DNA from: Pelagomonas calceolata
Taxonomy: Eukaryota
NCBI GenBank assembly: GCA_918797485.1
Contig: CAKKNE010000002.1
Coordinates: forward strand, 5,890,001-5,954,000
Reading direction: 5' to 3'
Length of the DNA: 64,000 bases
Shown: in pieces, positions 19,898 to 30,843 of the stretch
Numbering within the stretch: position 1 is the first letter of the stretch
Layout: each line of letters begins with the position of its first letter
Position numbers and translations under genes: made by a program
Notes under the pieces: generated by a model
Databases searched by the model: none
What the model was told of the DNA's origin: nothing
The model's input: only the letters and a program-made list of their open reading frames with translations

Positions 19898-21060
19898 ATG
19901 CCAGAGCCCAGCGATGCGAACAAGCGCCAGAAACCGGAGGACGCGGCGCCAGCCTTCTCGGACACGATATCGAACTTCGCCGTCGAAGAAACGCTGCGCT
20001 TCGAGGCCGGCGGCCGACTCGCCGTCGTGCTCGGCAAGCTCGACGGCCGGGATTGCGTGCTGGAGCTCAAGCAGCGCGCGGCCCTCGCGGACCCGCGGGC
20101 GCTGGAAGACGCCCTGCCGAAACTGAAGCTCACGCTGACGAACCACTCGGGCGCCGAGTACTCGTACTACGCGGCGACCGACCCGACGACGGGCGCGACC
20201 TACGACCTGGAGGCGGTCTGGCCCGCGCCCGAGCGCCTCGTCCAGCGCAAGCGGCCCGCCGAGATCTGCGTCGTCGAGGAGACCGCGGAGGCCTATGATA
20301 GGGTCGTGCGGCCCTTCGCCGAGGCCCAGGCCGCGAAGATCGGCTGGATCGACGCCGTCTGTGCGCTCGAGAAGGAGCGGGAGCGCAACCTCCACGCCTG
20401 CGACGCTTTCGTCGTCAACGTGGACACGAAGTGGAGCACGCACGGGCCTTTCGACGCGGACCGGGCGACGTGGCGCGCTGTGTGGAAATCAACCAGTGTG
20501 TCGGGTGTACTAAGTCATTTCTCGGCGTATGACGCGGCCGTCCTGGCTCGGTCGAGCGGCGAGGAACCGGCATCGCCACGCCATCGAGCAGGCGTCGCGT
20601 CGATGGCGTGGAGGACGACGCGACGATTCAGCACGAACGCGCCGTAAAATTTTGATTTCCACACAGGTGGCGCGGCGCGGACTGGACGCGCGACTTATAC
20701 CTGCTGGCCATCTCGAAGGACGCGTCGCTCAAGTCGATGCGGGACCTGCGCGGGCCGGACGGGGCGGGGCTCTGCCGCGCGATGCGGGCCGCGCTCTTGC
20801 GATGCGCGGCGGACGTCTACGGCGTCCCCGCCACGAAACTTCGAGTGTTCTTCCACTACCAGCCCCAGTTCTACCGCCTCCACGCGCACTGCACGCGCGC
20901 CGAGCACACGAATCCCGGGTGCGAGTGCGACCGCGCGCACCTGCTGACGACCGTCGCGGCGAATTTGGATCTCGCGCCGGACTACTATGCGCGGGCGCCG
21001 CTGACGTACAAGCTGCGCCTCGGCGAGAAGCTCCACGGGCTTCTGTCGGCGGGCGCGTAA
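19898..21060 (+). CDS. DCPS: m7GpppX scavenger decapping enzyme (HIT family); exons 19898-20469, 20667-21060
   Basis: LYLLAI, SMRDL, FFHYQPQFYRLHAH and RAHLL motifs; frame restored by splicing. Confidence 0.9.
20478..20666 (+). mobile_element. Introner (189 bp), intron 20470-20666
   Basis: Perfect TIRs; TSD gtggcgcg on both sides. Confidence 0.95.
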
Positions 21061-21159
21061 ACGCGTAGTCACGGTGGGGAGGGCTCCGGGGATCGGTGTT
21101 TTGTGGGACCGATGCGTCTGGTCGCGTCGACGATCCGTGCGACCCCATTGCGCTGTTCG

Positions 21160-21181
21160 CTAGCGGCCTGTAAGACACTAG
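21160..21181 (-). promoter_or_regulatory. CTAG-bounded 22-bp motif, perfect
   Basis: ctagcggcctgtaagacactag upstream of ATG 21387. Confidence 0.65.
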
Positions 21182-21386
21182 ACAGCGAGAGAGCACAGCA
21201 GCAATCGCCGCAACGCGGCGATCCAGCTGCCGCCGACCAAAAACCGGTTTCGCGCCACGCGCGCACCCCTTCGCGACTGCGTCGCCACTTCCAACCACTT
21301 CCTATGCAGCAGTACTAAGCCAACAAGCTCGTCTCTAAGGGCTCCGCGCTCTCAGCGGCCGCTGGCGGCGCCGCGGCGGCCCCAGG

Positions 21387-22538
21387 ATGAGCGCCGCGAC
21401 GTGCGCCATGTGTGGCGCGCCGGATCCGCCAGAGCGTTGCCCCGGCTGCGGGGGCCCGCGCTACTGCGACGACGCCTGTAGGCGGGCGGACTGGGGCCAG
21501 GGCCATGCCAGGCTGTGCGCTCTACGGTACTGCCAGCGCCTGGCGGCCGACGGCCAGGAACCCAAATTCTTCCTGCCGCCGGAGGCGGGCCCCCTGAAGC
21601 CGGTGTCGCTGCTGACCGTGCGGACGGAGGCCGCGCTGCCCCTCAGGGTTGACGAGGCGGACAGCTTCATCCGGTCGCGGCCGCCGGGCTACTGGCAGCT
21701 GGCCGCGAACCGCGGGCTGAACCTCTACGACGGCCTGCGGTTCGTCGTCTCGGTGCGGCACGGTGACGCCGCGGACCGCGAGCCCGACTTCCTCGTGGAG
21801 GGCACCTCTTCCAACTTGCTCCTGTTGGTGCACGAGGTCGCGCCGGGTGTGAGAAGGTGCCTCGAGGACGGCGAGGGCGACGACGACATTTCCAGAAGGC
21901 GGCGGTCCTTCGCGCGGGCCCTCGAGGCCGTCAGCTCCTTCGGCGGGGAAGCGGAGATGGTGCTGGTCGTGCGCTACGAGGGCAGCGGGGGCCGGGTGCA
22001 AGCTAAGCGCGTGCCGCTCCCCTGCGCGGCGAACACGGCCTCGACGTCCAAGCCCTGGTGGCGCGCGGCCCTCGCCAAGGACGTGTTGCAGGACTTGTAT
22101 GCGCAGAAGAAGGCGGCGAACGAGGCGTTCGTGCGGGGGCGCCAGAGCGGCGAGCTCGCGGACGCCCTGCGCGGCTACGACAACATAATCGCGACCATCG
22201 AGACGGCCTGCGCGCGGCCGCCGCGGGAGGCCGTCGGGCCCTGCGCCGCGACGCAGCAGCTCCTGGCCACGTGTCTGGCCAATCGAGCGGCGTGCCGCGC
22301 GCGGCTGGGGGACGTCGAGAATCTGCAGCGGGCCGAGGACGACTGCCGGGAGGCGCTGGAGGGCCCCTTCACGGCCTGGCTGCGGCAGAAACTCGACCCC
22401 GTCGCGGCGAAGCTCGCCGAGAAGGTAAACTTGCGGCGGCGCGAGGCGAACGAGAAGCTCTACGAGGCCCTCGGCTGCGGGGGCCTGCCGCCCGGTCCCC
22501 CGGCGCCGCCGGCTTCAGAGAAGTCGCCGCCGGCATGA
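21387..22538 (+). CDS. MYND zinc finger plus TPR-like protein
   Basis: CAMC..RCPGC..YCDDACRRADW..H..LC; LANRAAC. Confidence 0.8.
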   Translation: MSAATCAMCGAPDPPERCPGCGGPRYCDDACRRADWGQGHARLCALRYCQRLAADGQEPKFFLPPEAGPLKPVSLLTVRTEAALPLRVDEADSFIRSRPPGYWQLAANRGLNLYDGLRFVVSVRHGDAADREPDFLVEGTSSNLLLLVHEVAPGVRRCLEDGEGDDDISRRRRSFARALEAVSSFGGEAEMVLVVRYEGSGGRVQAKRVPLPCAANTASTSKPWWRAALAKDVLQDLYAQKKAANEAFVRGRQSGELADALRGYDNIIATIETACARPPREAVGPCAATQQLLATCLANRAACRARLGDVENLQRAEDDCREALEGPFTAWLRQKLDPVAAKLAEKVNLRRREANEKLYEALGCGGLPPGPPAPPASEKSPPA

Positions 22539-22730
22539 ATGTTTGACAAGAAGACAAAACGACAAAAAACGATAAAAAACGAAAAAGACAGCTAACGCTA
22601 CGTAAACGCGCGCGGGCGAGGCGCAGGCGCCGCGCGTCCAGAAAAACTCGAAAAAGGGCCGATCGGTCCACGAAAACCCCAGAAAAAACACCGTGTAGTA
22701 GGATGTGTTTCCCTAGCTTGATAGTCGCGT

Positions 22731-23131
22731 CGACAGCGGGTCGGGCTGGGGTTTCTTACGTCGCGCGCCCCCCTACCTAGGGCTAGGCGCTCCGCTCCTC
22801 CTGGCACGGGTTTTCAACGCCTGGAGCCGTCCCCCGACAAGTTCACTCGGCGTTGCCGGATGGTGGCGCAATCGGCGCGGCGGTCGGCCGCGTCATATTT
22901 CGGACCGACCGGATTACCTGGGCAAGCAGGCGGCGCGCAGGCCGGTCAACCAGGGCTAGCTCATAGTCCTCTCTTTACTCATACAGGTAGCGGTGACACG
23001 ACTCGGCCTGGGCATGTGGCAAACGATTACAATCCTCCAGTGTCCCCCCAGGCAGACCCTGCTCCTTCCGACACAGGCCGCAATAAAATGCTTGCAGAGA
23101 CCGACAGCGGTCGGGTTGGGTTTCTTACGTC
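22731..23131. repeat. About 30-bp direct repeats bracketing a 340-bp non-coding segment
   Basis: cgacagcgggtcgggctggggtttcttacgtc (22731-22762) and cgacagcggtcgggttgggtttcttacgtc (23102-23131). Confidence 0.75.
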
Positions 23132-23384
23132 TTTCGTCCTCCGCGCGTTGAATCCTGGCGCGCATGCCGTGGGGGGCTAGAAGTTGCGGGTAAGGATGGG
23201 GGGGGTATACTATAAAGTATATAAGTATGGTACTGTATGGTATCGCAGGGCGCAGCATCAGACTACCGCAGTATTCACAGAGAGACGCCGAGACAAGCCA
23301 GTAGCAGGTGTTTAATTGAGCAACAAGAGTGCTGCGAGAACGCGACAAAGCGTGCAGCCTACAGCACTGCAAGTTGGTCAGATT

Positions 23385-24083
23385 ATGAACACACTGGCAG
23401 CCACACTGCTTCTGCTGCATCCTGCGCAATGCCTGCGCTTCCGCCGCGGTTCGTTCGGCGACCTCGTACCGATAGCCACAACCATGGCGAAAAACCTCAT
23501 GAACCCGCTGTCGATCAAGGTCGACTGCTTCGAGGTCGCCGAGTCGGAGGGCCAACGCATTGGCTGGGGGCAGCTGCGACCGCTCGGTCCTGCCGCCGCC
23601 GACCCGGACGACTTCGACGCGGCGCCTGGATCCCGTGGGGCCGACGACGTGGATGCGGCGTGGGACGCGCTGCCCGACCCGCCGACGGGATTTGCGTCTT
23701 TACCCTGGACTGACGAGTACAAGGCGTTCGCGCGCGGCGCCGATGAACGACGAAGGGGACGCGACGCGGCATCGGCTGACGCGCCGCAGCTCTGGGAGCT
23801 TGCCAGCGTTTTTGTCCTCGAGGAGCACAGACACCGCGGGACCGGGGCAGCGATCGTCCGACGGCTGCTGGAGCGGCACGCGGCGCGCGGGCTCAGCGCG
23901 GCGGATATCTACCTGCTGACGCTCGCCTCGACGGCGGGGTGGTACGAGGGCCTTGGCTTCGAGCAGGTATCCGAACCGCGCGACGTGCCGGAGCCGATGG
24001 CCTTCGAGGTCGCGGCGGGCCGCGTCGTCACGGGGCTCATCGGCGCGGAGCTCGTTGTGATGCGTGGGGTTGAAACAACGTAA
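23385..24083 (+). CDS. GNAT N-acetyltransferase with signal peptide
   Basis: WELASVFV..EHRHRGTGAAIV, IYLLTL..WYEGLGF. Confidence 0.85.
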   Translation: MNTLAATLLLLHPAQCLRFRRGSFGDLVPIATTMAKNLMNPLSIKVDCFEVAESEGQRIGWGQLRPLGPAAADPDDFDAAPGSRGADDVDAAWDALPDPPTGFASLPWTDEYKAFARGADERRRGRDAASADAPQLWELASVFVLEEHRHRGTGAAIVRRLLERHAARGLSAADIYLLTLASTAGWYEGLGFEQVSEPRDVPEPMAFEVAAGRVVTGLIGAELVVMRGVETT

Positions 24084-24246
24084 TTCATTACACAACTAGC
24101 TGCTAATTTGGCCCTCCCGCAGCATGCTCCACGTGTGGTATTCACCGATGGAAGTACCGATGGCCAAGTCGATGGCCCGGGGGCAGGTATATTCGTCCCA
24201 TTGTTAAGGACAAGCAACTCACTTAACTAGACGCGCGAAGTCTCCT

Positions 24247-26532
24247 CTACGCCGTCGACGCAGCCGTCGCCGCGGGCACCAGCGCGCGCAGGCTCTCCGG
24301 GAACGGCTCGCTCGGCGGGTCGCGCTTCTCGAAGACCTTGAAGCTACCGCGCGCGTTCCTTCCCTCCCGACCCGTATCATTATAAGCCCGCCAGTGCGCC
24401 CGGAGCTCCGCGTTCATCGCCGCGCCCTCGAGGCCGTGCTCATGTAAAGTCTCCGCCGCGTCGACGAAGCCGAGGTGGACGGCTCCGTGCTGCTCTTTCA
24501 CTGACGTGGGCAATTGCAAAGGATAATAACCGGCCGCAAACACCACCACGTCGTACTTGCCCTCGTTACCCTTCTTTTCGATATCTCCACCAAAAAACGC
24601 AGCGCCGCCGTCCGCGGCGGTCTGCGCGGCCTCACCGAATCTCTCCGTGTGCCGCTGTTTCTTCCTCTTATCGCCGGCGGCTGGACCGGCGAACGCGACG
24701 ACCACCGGTTTCAAACCGCCGTTCCCGTCGCTCTTCAGGAACGCGCCGCGCCGGATCAACAGCGCGTCGGCGGCCGCAGCGGCTAGTTGATCGTCGATCG
24801 TGGCCCAGAGCCGCGGCCGCGAGCTCTTGTTCCGCTCGTCGTACTCCTCCGCGACGACCGCCTCCCACGCCTCCTCGAGCGTCTCGCCGCCGACGATCAT
24901 GGCCTTGGTCTTGGGGTCGCGGACGATGTCCATGACGCGTCTCAACAACGGAACGGCCTCGTCGCTCGGCTGCTTCGCCCGGAAGTAGATCGAACCCTTG
25001 CAGCGCTGCCCGTCGTCGTCCACGTCCCAGGACACCGTGCCGTCGTCGTTGCAGATGCCGAGCTGGCGGCCGACGGCGCCGAAGAGGATCCACTTTCTAC
25101 GTTTATGAGCGAAGAACGCCGCGAGCTCGGTCAGCACGCTCGCAATGTTAATGCCCGCCTCCTCGAAGTCGACCGGCCGACCCGCGATCTCGGACGCGAG
25201 GCGCAGCATCACTAATACAATCGCATACGCGGTCTCCGTGAAGAACACGCTTCGGTCGGCAGGAAAGATGTCGCTGCTATAGATGACGTCCGTCGACCGC
25301 ACCGTGACCCTAAACGGTTCGACCAGCCGCTGGCCCTGCAACCACTTCAAATAACGCACGTGGTTCGTCGCGATCACGACCCTGAGAGTTTCGCCGCCGT
25401 GGACGCGTCTCGCCATCGCGGCGCGTTTCACGCCCTGGCACCGGACGCCCTCGATCTCGATGTCTTGGCGATCACTGTCCGTTTTGAGGTCGACGGCGGC
25501 CCGGCACCTCTGGAAGTGCGGCCCGCCACCGGTCCACTTGTCGCCTGCTAAGTCATGGAGGTTGTGCGGGTCGACGCCGCCGCCGAAGTAGGCGACCCGC
25601 GCGGCAGCGCGCCGCGTCGCGAGCAGGGCGCGCTGCGCCGGGAGCGCGGCGTCGACGAGCGCGAGCGCGTCGCCGGCCAAAACGACGTCGCGCGCGCGCC
25701 GCGCGTCGAGGAGCGACGTGACGGGCGCGAGCATCGCCGCGACGGAGTCGACGGCGGCGTCGCCCTGCAGCGCGACCAGGCCCTCGCGCGCGGCGAGGGC
25801 GTCGCGGGCGTCCTCGAGCGCGTGCACCGCCCGCCCGGCCTCGACCAAAGCCGCGGTCGACCCCTTGACAAGCCGCGAGAACGCCCAGAGCGCCTCGAAC
25901 AACTCCTTGATGTACCCGTTGTGGACCAACGAGTCTAACGAGGAGCGGCCGGTGCGGCAGTTCATGATTATTACTTTCACGAGGTCCATGAGGTCTCGGG
26001 CCTCCTTCGTCCCCAGGCCGAGCGTCACGAACGCGGTCATGAGGCCCGCAAAGTCCCAGTCCAGCTCCGGCACGCGGCTCGGCACGGGCGGGCCGTGCAG
26101 GTAGCCGAAGGTCTCCTTCATGTAGCGCAGCGTCTCGCCGCCGTCGAGCGAGATCTTGTCCTTGCTCACCGTCGCGAGGCCGAGCTTGTCGAGGGCGAGG
26201 CCGAACGCCGAGAACGACGCGTACGTCCAGTTCTTGTCGTTCTCGTCCAGTAACGAGCCCATGGCCTCGACGAACGTCACGAGGTTGGCGGTGTGGTCTC
26301 CCGAGCATGACAGCTTGCGGCTGCCGCACAGCACCGTCCAGTCGCCGTCGACGTTCCGCGCGAGGAAGCGCTGCCACAACGTCGCGTCGCACAGCAAAGC
26401 TTCGGTCGCGGCGGCGATCTGCATCAGCGCGAGGGCCTTCTCGTGTTTGGGGAACCGCGACAGATGAATCACGAGAGCGGTGAGCGAGCTGCGCTCGTTC
26501 GTCACGTCCTTGCGGCAGCGGGGTGGCCCCAT
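24247..26532 (-). CDS. Hypothetical protein (about 760 aa)
   Basis: Long ORF with GC3-biased codons; probable start MGPPRC; no family recognised. Confidence 0.65.
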   Translation of the reverse strand: MGPPRCRKDVTNERSSLTALVIHLSRFPKHEKALALMQIAAATEALLCDATLWQRFLARNVDGDWTVLCGSRKLSCSGDHTANLVTFVEAMGSLLDENDKNWTYASFSAFGLALDKLGLATVSKDKISLDGGETLRYMKETFGYLHGPPVPSRVPELDWDFAGLMTAFVTLGLGTKEARDLMDLVKVIIMNCRTGRSSLDSLVHNGYIKELFEALWAFSRLVKGSTAALVEAGRAVHALEDARDALAAREGLVALQGDAAVDSVAAMLAPVTSLLDARRARDVVLAGDALALVDAALPAQRALLATRRAAARVAYFGGGVDPHNLHDLAGDKWTGGGPHFQRCRAAVDLKTDSDRQDIEIEGVRCQGVKRAAMARRVHGGETLRVVIATNHVRYLKWLQGQRLVEPFRVTVRSTDVIYSSDIFPADRSVFFTETAYAIVLVMLRLASEIAGRPVDFEEAGINIASVLTELAAFFAHKRRKWILFGAVGRQLGICNDDGTVSWDVDDDGQRCKGSIYFRAKQPSDEAVPLLRRVMDIVRDPKTKAMIVGGETLEEAWEAVVAEEYDERNKSSRPRLWATIDDQLAAAAADALLIRRGAFLKSDGNGGLKPVVVAFAGPAAGDKRKKQRHTERFGEAAQTAADGGAAFFGGDIEKKGNEGKYDVVVFAAGYYPLQLPTSVKEQHGAVHLGFVDAAETLHEHGLEGAAMNAELRAHWRAYNDTGREGRNARGSFKVFEKRDPPSEPFPESLRALVPAATAASTA

Positions 26533-26862
26533 CGCACGAATGTAATGTCTCCTTTTTGCAGCTGTCTTCGAAGCGCACGCCTGACCCGCTGCAGGAGTGG
26601 CTCGCAGCGGTGCGAATTGCAGCGTCTCTTGTTTTGTAGCTTTGTCGCAGCAGTAAACGTCTCTCAAAACGAATCCTGCGGCGCGTACGAGCTCGTTTGC
26701 GCTCGCCACCGATAAAAGCCTCATGATCTGGACGGGTTTTCCGGCTTTTTGCGCGACCCTCGCCGAGGAGCGCGACTTACGCAGATAAATATCGTCGTTT
26801 TCAGTAGCATGCTTGCCAAATTACGCGCCACGAACATACATGTTGTCCGGCAAGTCGCCAAC

Positions 26863-27590
26863 ATGCCAAGCAAGGAGGCTGACCGCTGCGTCAAGGCCGA
26901 CAATCCGGACGCGGCGGTCGACGCGTGGCGCGTGAGCAACGCGGCCGAGACTCGCGACACGGCGGAGGCCGCGTCGATGACATCGGAGGGCGTGAAAGAC
27001 CCCGCGCCGGCCGCGCCGGCCGAGACTGACCCGAGTTTGGAGGATCAGCCCGCGCCGGCGGAGCTGCAGTTCTCCGCGGCGGAGGAGGACGACGGCGCGC
27101 AGTCCGTCGACCACGACGCAACGCCCAAGCTCGACGACGCGGCATCTGTGAGCTCGCATGGCGAGGCGGATGACGGCGCGCTCGCGGCGGCGCAGGGCGG
27201 CCTGGGGCGCCGCGGACCTCGTCCGGGTCGGAAGGCGCCTCTGCTGATGATTTGGACGCGGCCCCCGAAGACAGCGACGAGGCCGCCGCGTCGACGACAT
27301 CGTCAATAGATAGGGACGTTGCTCCAGCCGTCACCGTACAGGCGACGACGCCGGCGGCGCCGCGGCATGTGCGCCCGGCGCGCCAGCGCCAACGCGCAAT
27401 TGCACCAGGTCTCACGCCGGTAGCGAGCGTAGCCGCGGCGGCATTGGATATGTCGACCCCTCCCCTGAGGGTCCTCGCAGACGACATGCGACGCGAAGGG
27501 CGCGACGTGACGGTGTTCAGTCTCGCCAATGCGTTTGCGAACACGTTGCTTGACGAAGACGAGGTCGAAGACGAAGACTCGTCTCCGTAG
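26863..27590 (+). pseudogene. Acidic low-complexity ORF with apparent frameshift near 27200
   Basis: ORFs 26749-27309 and 27252-27590 share Asp/Glu/Ala-rich composition in different frames. Confidence 0.35.
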
Positions 27591-27801
27591 ACCAATAGCT
27601 ATGCCGGTGGCGGCGCCCATCGCGCTATCAAGGACCGCATCACACGCGCGTTGCTCGAGCCGGCTCAGACGACGGCTAGGATGACACCGAGACTAGGTCA
27701 TAAAAACCCGACCGTGACAGTGTCAAAAGTCCAATACCTAAAAAAATTACTTAAAGCCGAGACTGCAGGCACCAGGCAACCCGCACCTGAATCACAACAA
27801 G

Positions 27802-28866
27802 TTACGCGCCGTCTACGAGGGCCCTACAGGTCTCCGTGAAGGCCTCGGGCATGCCGTTTTCGCCGAGCGCGTAGCCGCCCTCCAGCCCGAGCGCAACGCG
27901 CGTCCGCGGGTACCGCGCGAGGATCGCGTCCACGGATTGTGCGAAGTCGGAAGGCTGAAGCGTCATCGTCGCGAGGGGGTCGGGCTCGAGCGCGTCGTAG
28001 CCCGAGCACACGAGGAGGCAGTCCGGTGCGGGATCAAGCAGAAAGGGCAGCGCCTTGTCGCGCAGCGCCGCGAAGTACTCGTCCGAGCCCGACCCCTTGG
28101 GCAGCGGCAAATTCAAAATGTTGCCCAGCGCGCCCCGGTCGGACTCGTCCTGGCCCGTGCCCGGGAACCCGCCCGCCTCGTGGATCGAACAGTAGCGCAC
28201 GCGCGGCTCTTGACCGAAGATGGCCGCGACGCCGTTGCCGTGGTGCACGTCCCAATCTAGAATAGAGACGGCCGACCTATGCGGAAATATTGCGTGGACC
28301 TTCGTGAACCTCCACGTGGCGCGCCCGAACTTTGATTTCCACACGGCGGCCGACGCGCCGCCCTCCAGCGCCTTGGCTACGGCCGCGCATGCGTAGTTCA
28401 CGAGCCCAAAGCCCATGGCCGTCGTCCGCGTCGCGTGGTGGCCCGCGGGCCGACTGAGAGCGAAGGCCGGGCCCTCGTCGTCCACGGCCAGCGCGACGGC
28501 GTCGGCCCAGGCCCGCGTGCCGTCCAACACGGCCTCCCAGCTCCCCGGCGCGCAGTACGTGTCCGTGTCGAAGCCGCCTCCCGTTTGGGACATGGCCTGG
28601 ACCTCGCGCAGGTGGTCGACGTCGTGCACCAATTTCAGCGCGTCGACGGCGTCGAAGACCGTGCACGTCGTCGAGTTCACCGCGTTGCGCCAGTCTTTGA
28701 CTTTCACGTCCGACGCGAGGAGGGCCGCTTTTGCACTTTCCAACCTTTCGGGCACTTCGGCGTGGTTGGCGGACGGCGGGCGGTGGAGCTTGTGCAGGGA
28801 CTGCTCGATGATGGTCAAGGCTTGCAGCGTGGCGAGCAGGGGCAGGAGGCGCAGGAGTGGCTGCAT
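27802..28866 (-). CDS. Histone deacetylase-family (class II-like) protein with signal peptide; exons 28866-28355, 28276-27802
   Basis: HAEVPERL, RPAGHHA, DWDVHHGNG, FPGTG, SGYDAL..DPL, LEGGY. Confidence 0.9.
   Translation of the reverse strand: MQPLLRLLPLLATLQALTIIEQSLHKLHRPPSANHAEVPERLESAKAALLASDVKVKDWRNAVNSTTCTVFDAVDALKLVHDVDHLREVQAMSQTGGGFDTDTYCAPGSWEAVLDGTRAWADAVALAVDDEGPAFALSRPAGHHATRTTAMGFGLVNYACAAVAKALEGGASAAVWKSKFGRATWRFTKVHAIFPHRSAVSILDWDVHHGNGVAAIFGQEPRVRYCSIHEAGGFPGTGQDESDRGALGNILNLPLPKGSGSDEYFAALRDKALPFLLDPAPDCLLVCSGYDALEPDPLATMTLQPSDFAQSVDAILARYPRTRVALGLEGGYALGENGMPEAFTETCRALVDGA
28277..28346 (-). mobile_element. Degenerate 70-bp introner, in-frame 78-bp intron 28354-28277
   Basis: Perfect TSD (gtcggccg on gene strand); ccgtgtggaaatcaa...atttccgcatag. 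Confidence 0.85.
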
Positions 28867-29021
28867 TTTGCTCTGCAGTGCCTGGCAGTATCAATGCGCG
28901 ATTAGCAATGCTTGCAGCAGCAAGCCAAAAAAGTGATGCCGAGTCCAGCAGGCGCAGCTGCTCAGGCTCAGGCTCAGGCTTGCTTGGTACAATAATATTA
29001 TGACATTGTCATGCGGCATCC

Positions 29022-29043
29022 CTAGTGTCTTACAGGCCGCTAG
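29022..29043 (+). promoter_or_regulatory. CTAG-bounded 22-bp motif, perfect
   Basis: ggcatcc-ctagtgtcttacaggccgctag between divergent genes. Confidence 0.65.
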
Positions 29044-29359
29044 CTCAGCAACTCGAGACCCCTGCTGTCAGGTATGGTACAACACGCAAAGAGACGCGGA
29101 GAGAGGGTCGAGCGGGCTGTGAAAAAGCAGGTAGTGGGAGGGATGGGGGCCCTGATGAGGCGCTGGCGGAGTTGGCTCGCGGCCCCGCGTTCAGTCAATA
29201 ACGGTATGCAGCCATTCATGCTCGGAGATAGTCATTTGTGCAAGTATTGACGAGTGCAGCGGCAATCGTTAAGCAAATCGGCCAAAAAACCACTGGTGCA
29301 GCCCTGCAGTGGCTGCAACAGCCACCGCGGAGCACCCGAGGCGAATCGCGGAGCACCCG

Positions 29360-30743
29360 ATGGCCCACTTGCTGCTCCTTGCACTATGCGTAGCGACGAG
29401 CAACTCGATTGCCCTCCACGCGCCGGCTCGAGTGAAGACGCTCGGCGCGACGCGGTCGGCGCTGGCGTTGCTCAAAGCGGGCGACTTTGAGCACTTGGCG
29501 CGGCAGTTTAGCAACTCCGAGGGCATCCTCGCGCTGACGCTGCCCGGCAGCCGCCAGCGGTGCCTCGTCATCCACGAGAGCCGGGCCGACCTCGCGCGGC
29601 GCATGTGCGCGTCGTCGGTTCTGAAAGACAGGGTCGCCGGCGACGTGGCGTTCCCGGGCCTGACGCGCCAGCGGGACGGCGAGCGCTACGCGGCCGCGAA
29701 GACGGCGCTCAACTCAGCGCTGTGCGGCGTATCGGCCAGACGGCGTATCGGCCAAACGGCCTTCGCCGCGGCCTTCGACGCGGACCACATACATGACGAC
29801 GACGCCTACGCGCTGTGCGTCGCGCGCTGTGCGCTACGCGCAACTCTCTTCGGCGACGACGAGGACACGGCGACGGCGTTCCTGGGACCGGCCGCGCTCG
29901 CGACGTCGGCGGCGGCGCCGCCGCCGCCGAGGCAGAGCGCGATGCGCGCCAGGCTGCGCGTCGCCGCGCGTCAGGCGAAGCTGCTGATGTCGGGCGCGCC
30001 GTTCTTCGAAGTCGTCGATGGCTTCACGAACGTGGACGCGAAGACGCTGCGCGCGCGCCGCGGCGTCCGGAACCCGGCGCCTGCGGCCGCCGCGGCGTTC
30101 CGCGCGGAGACGGAAGCCAGGCGCGAGGCGGCGATCGCGGCGCGGCGGCGCGGTGGCGCGGGAGCCGACGGCTCGGCGGTCGCGCGGCTCTGCGCGGACG
30201 CCTCGCTCGAGGACGCGGACGTGGCGGCGGCGCTGTGGGACCTCATTGTCGCGGGCACAGCGACGACGGCCGAGCTCGCCTCCGAGGCGCTCAAAATCGG
30301 ACGCGGCGACGGCTCGGTCGACGCGACCGCCCTCGTCGAGGACGTCGCGAGAGCCTGTGTGGAAATCAAAATTTAACGGCGCGTTCGTGCTGAATCATCG
30401 CGTCGACCTCCACGCCATCGACGCGACGCCTGCTCGATGGCGTGGCGATGCCGGTTCCTCGCCGCTCGTGCACCCGACGCACTGGTTGATTTCCACACAG
30501 GCGAGAGCAGAACGGGAGAAGCGCGCCGTCGCGCCGCTGATCTTCCGTGTCGCCTGCGACGACGGCATGCTGGGCGACGTGCCTCTCCGAAAAGGCGATG
30601 GCGTCGTCGCGTCGCTGCGGCTGGCGCCGGACCTCTCCTTCGGCGCGGGGCGACGCGCTTGCGCCGGCCGAGAGGTCGCGCTCGCCGTCGCGGCGGCAGC
30701 GGTCGAGGCGCGGCTCTCCGGCGGCGTCGCGAAGATAGCCTAA
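29360..30743 (+). CDS. Divergent cytochrome P450; exons 29360-30346, 30501-30743
   Basis: I-helix LIVAGTATT, heme motif FGAGRRACAG; joined by a GC-AG intron. Confidence 0.75.
30355..30500 (+). mobile_element. Introner (146 bp), GC-AG intron 30347-30500
   Basis: Perfect TIRs; TSD gcgagagc on both sides. Confidence 0.95.
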
Positions 30744-30843
30744 GAATTTGTGTAGAATCCGCTACCAAGTTAGACGGACGTAGAGGACCACTCGACCATA
30801 GGACGCGACGCCGCCGCGCCCACTCCCTCTTAAATAAATCAAC

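Noticed and set aside
24247..26724. Candidate transposase for the introners
   Set aside because: No DDE, hAT dimerisation or BED motif recognised, and no flanking introner TIRs.
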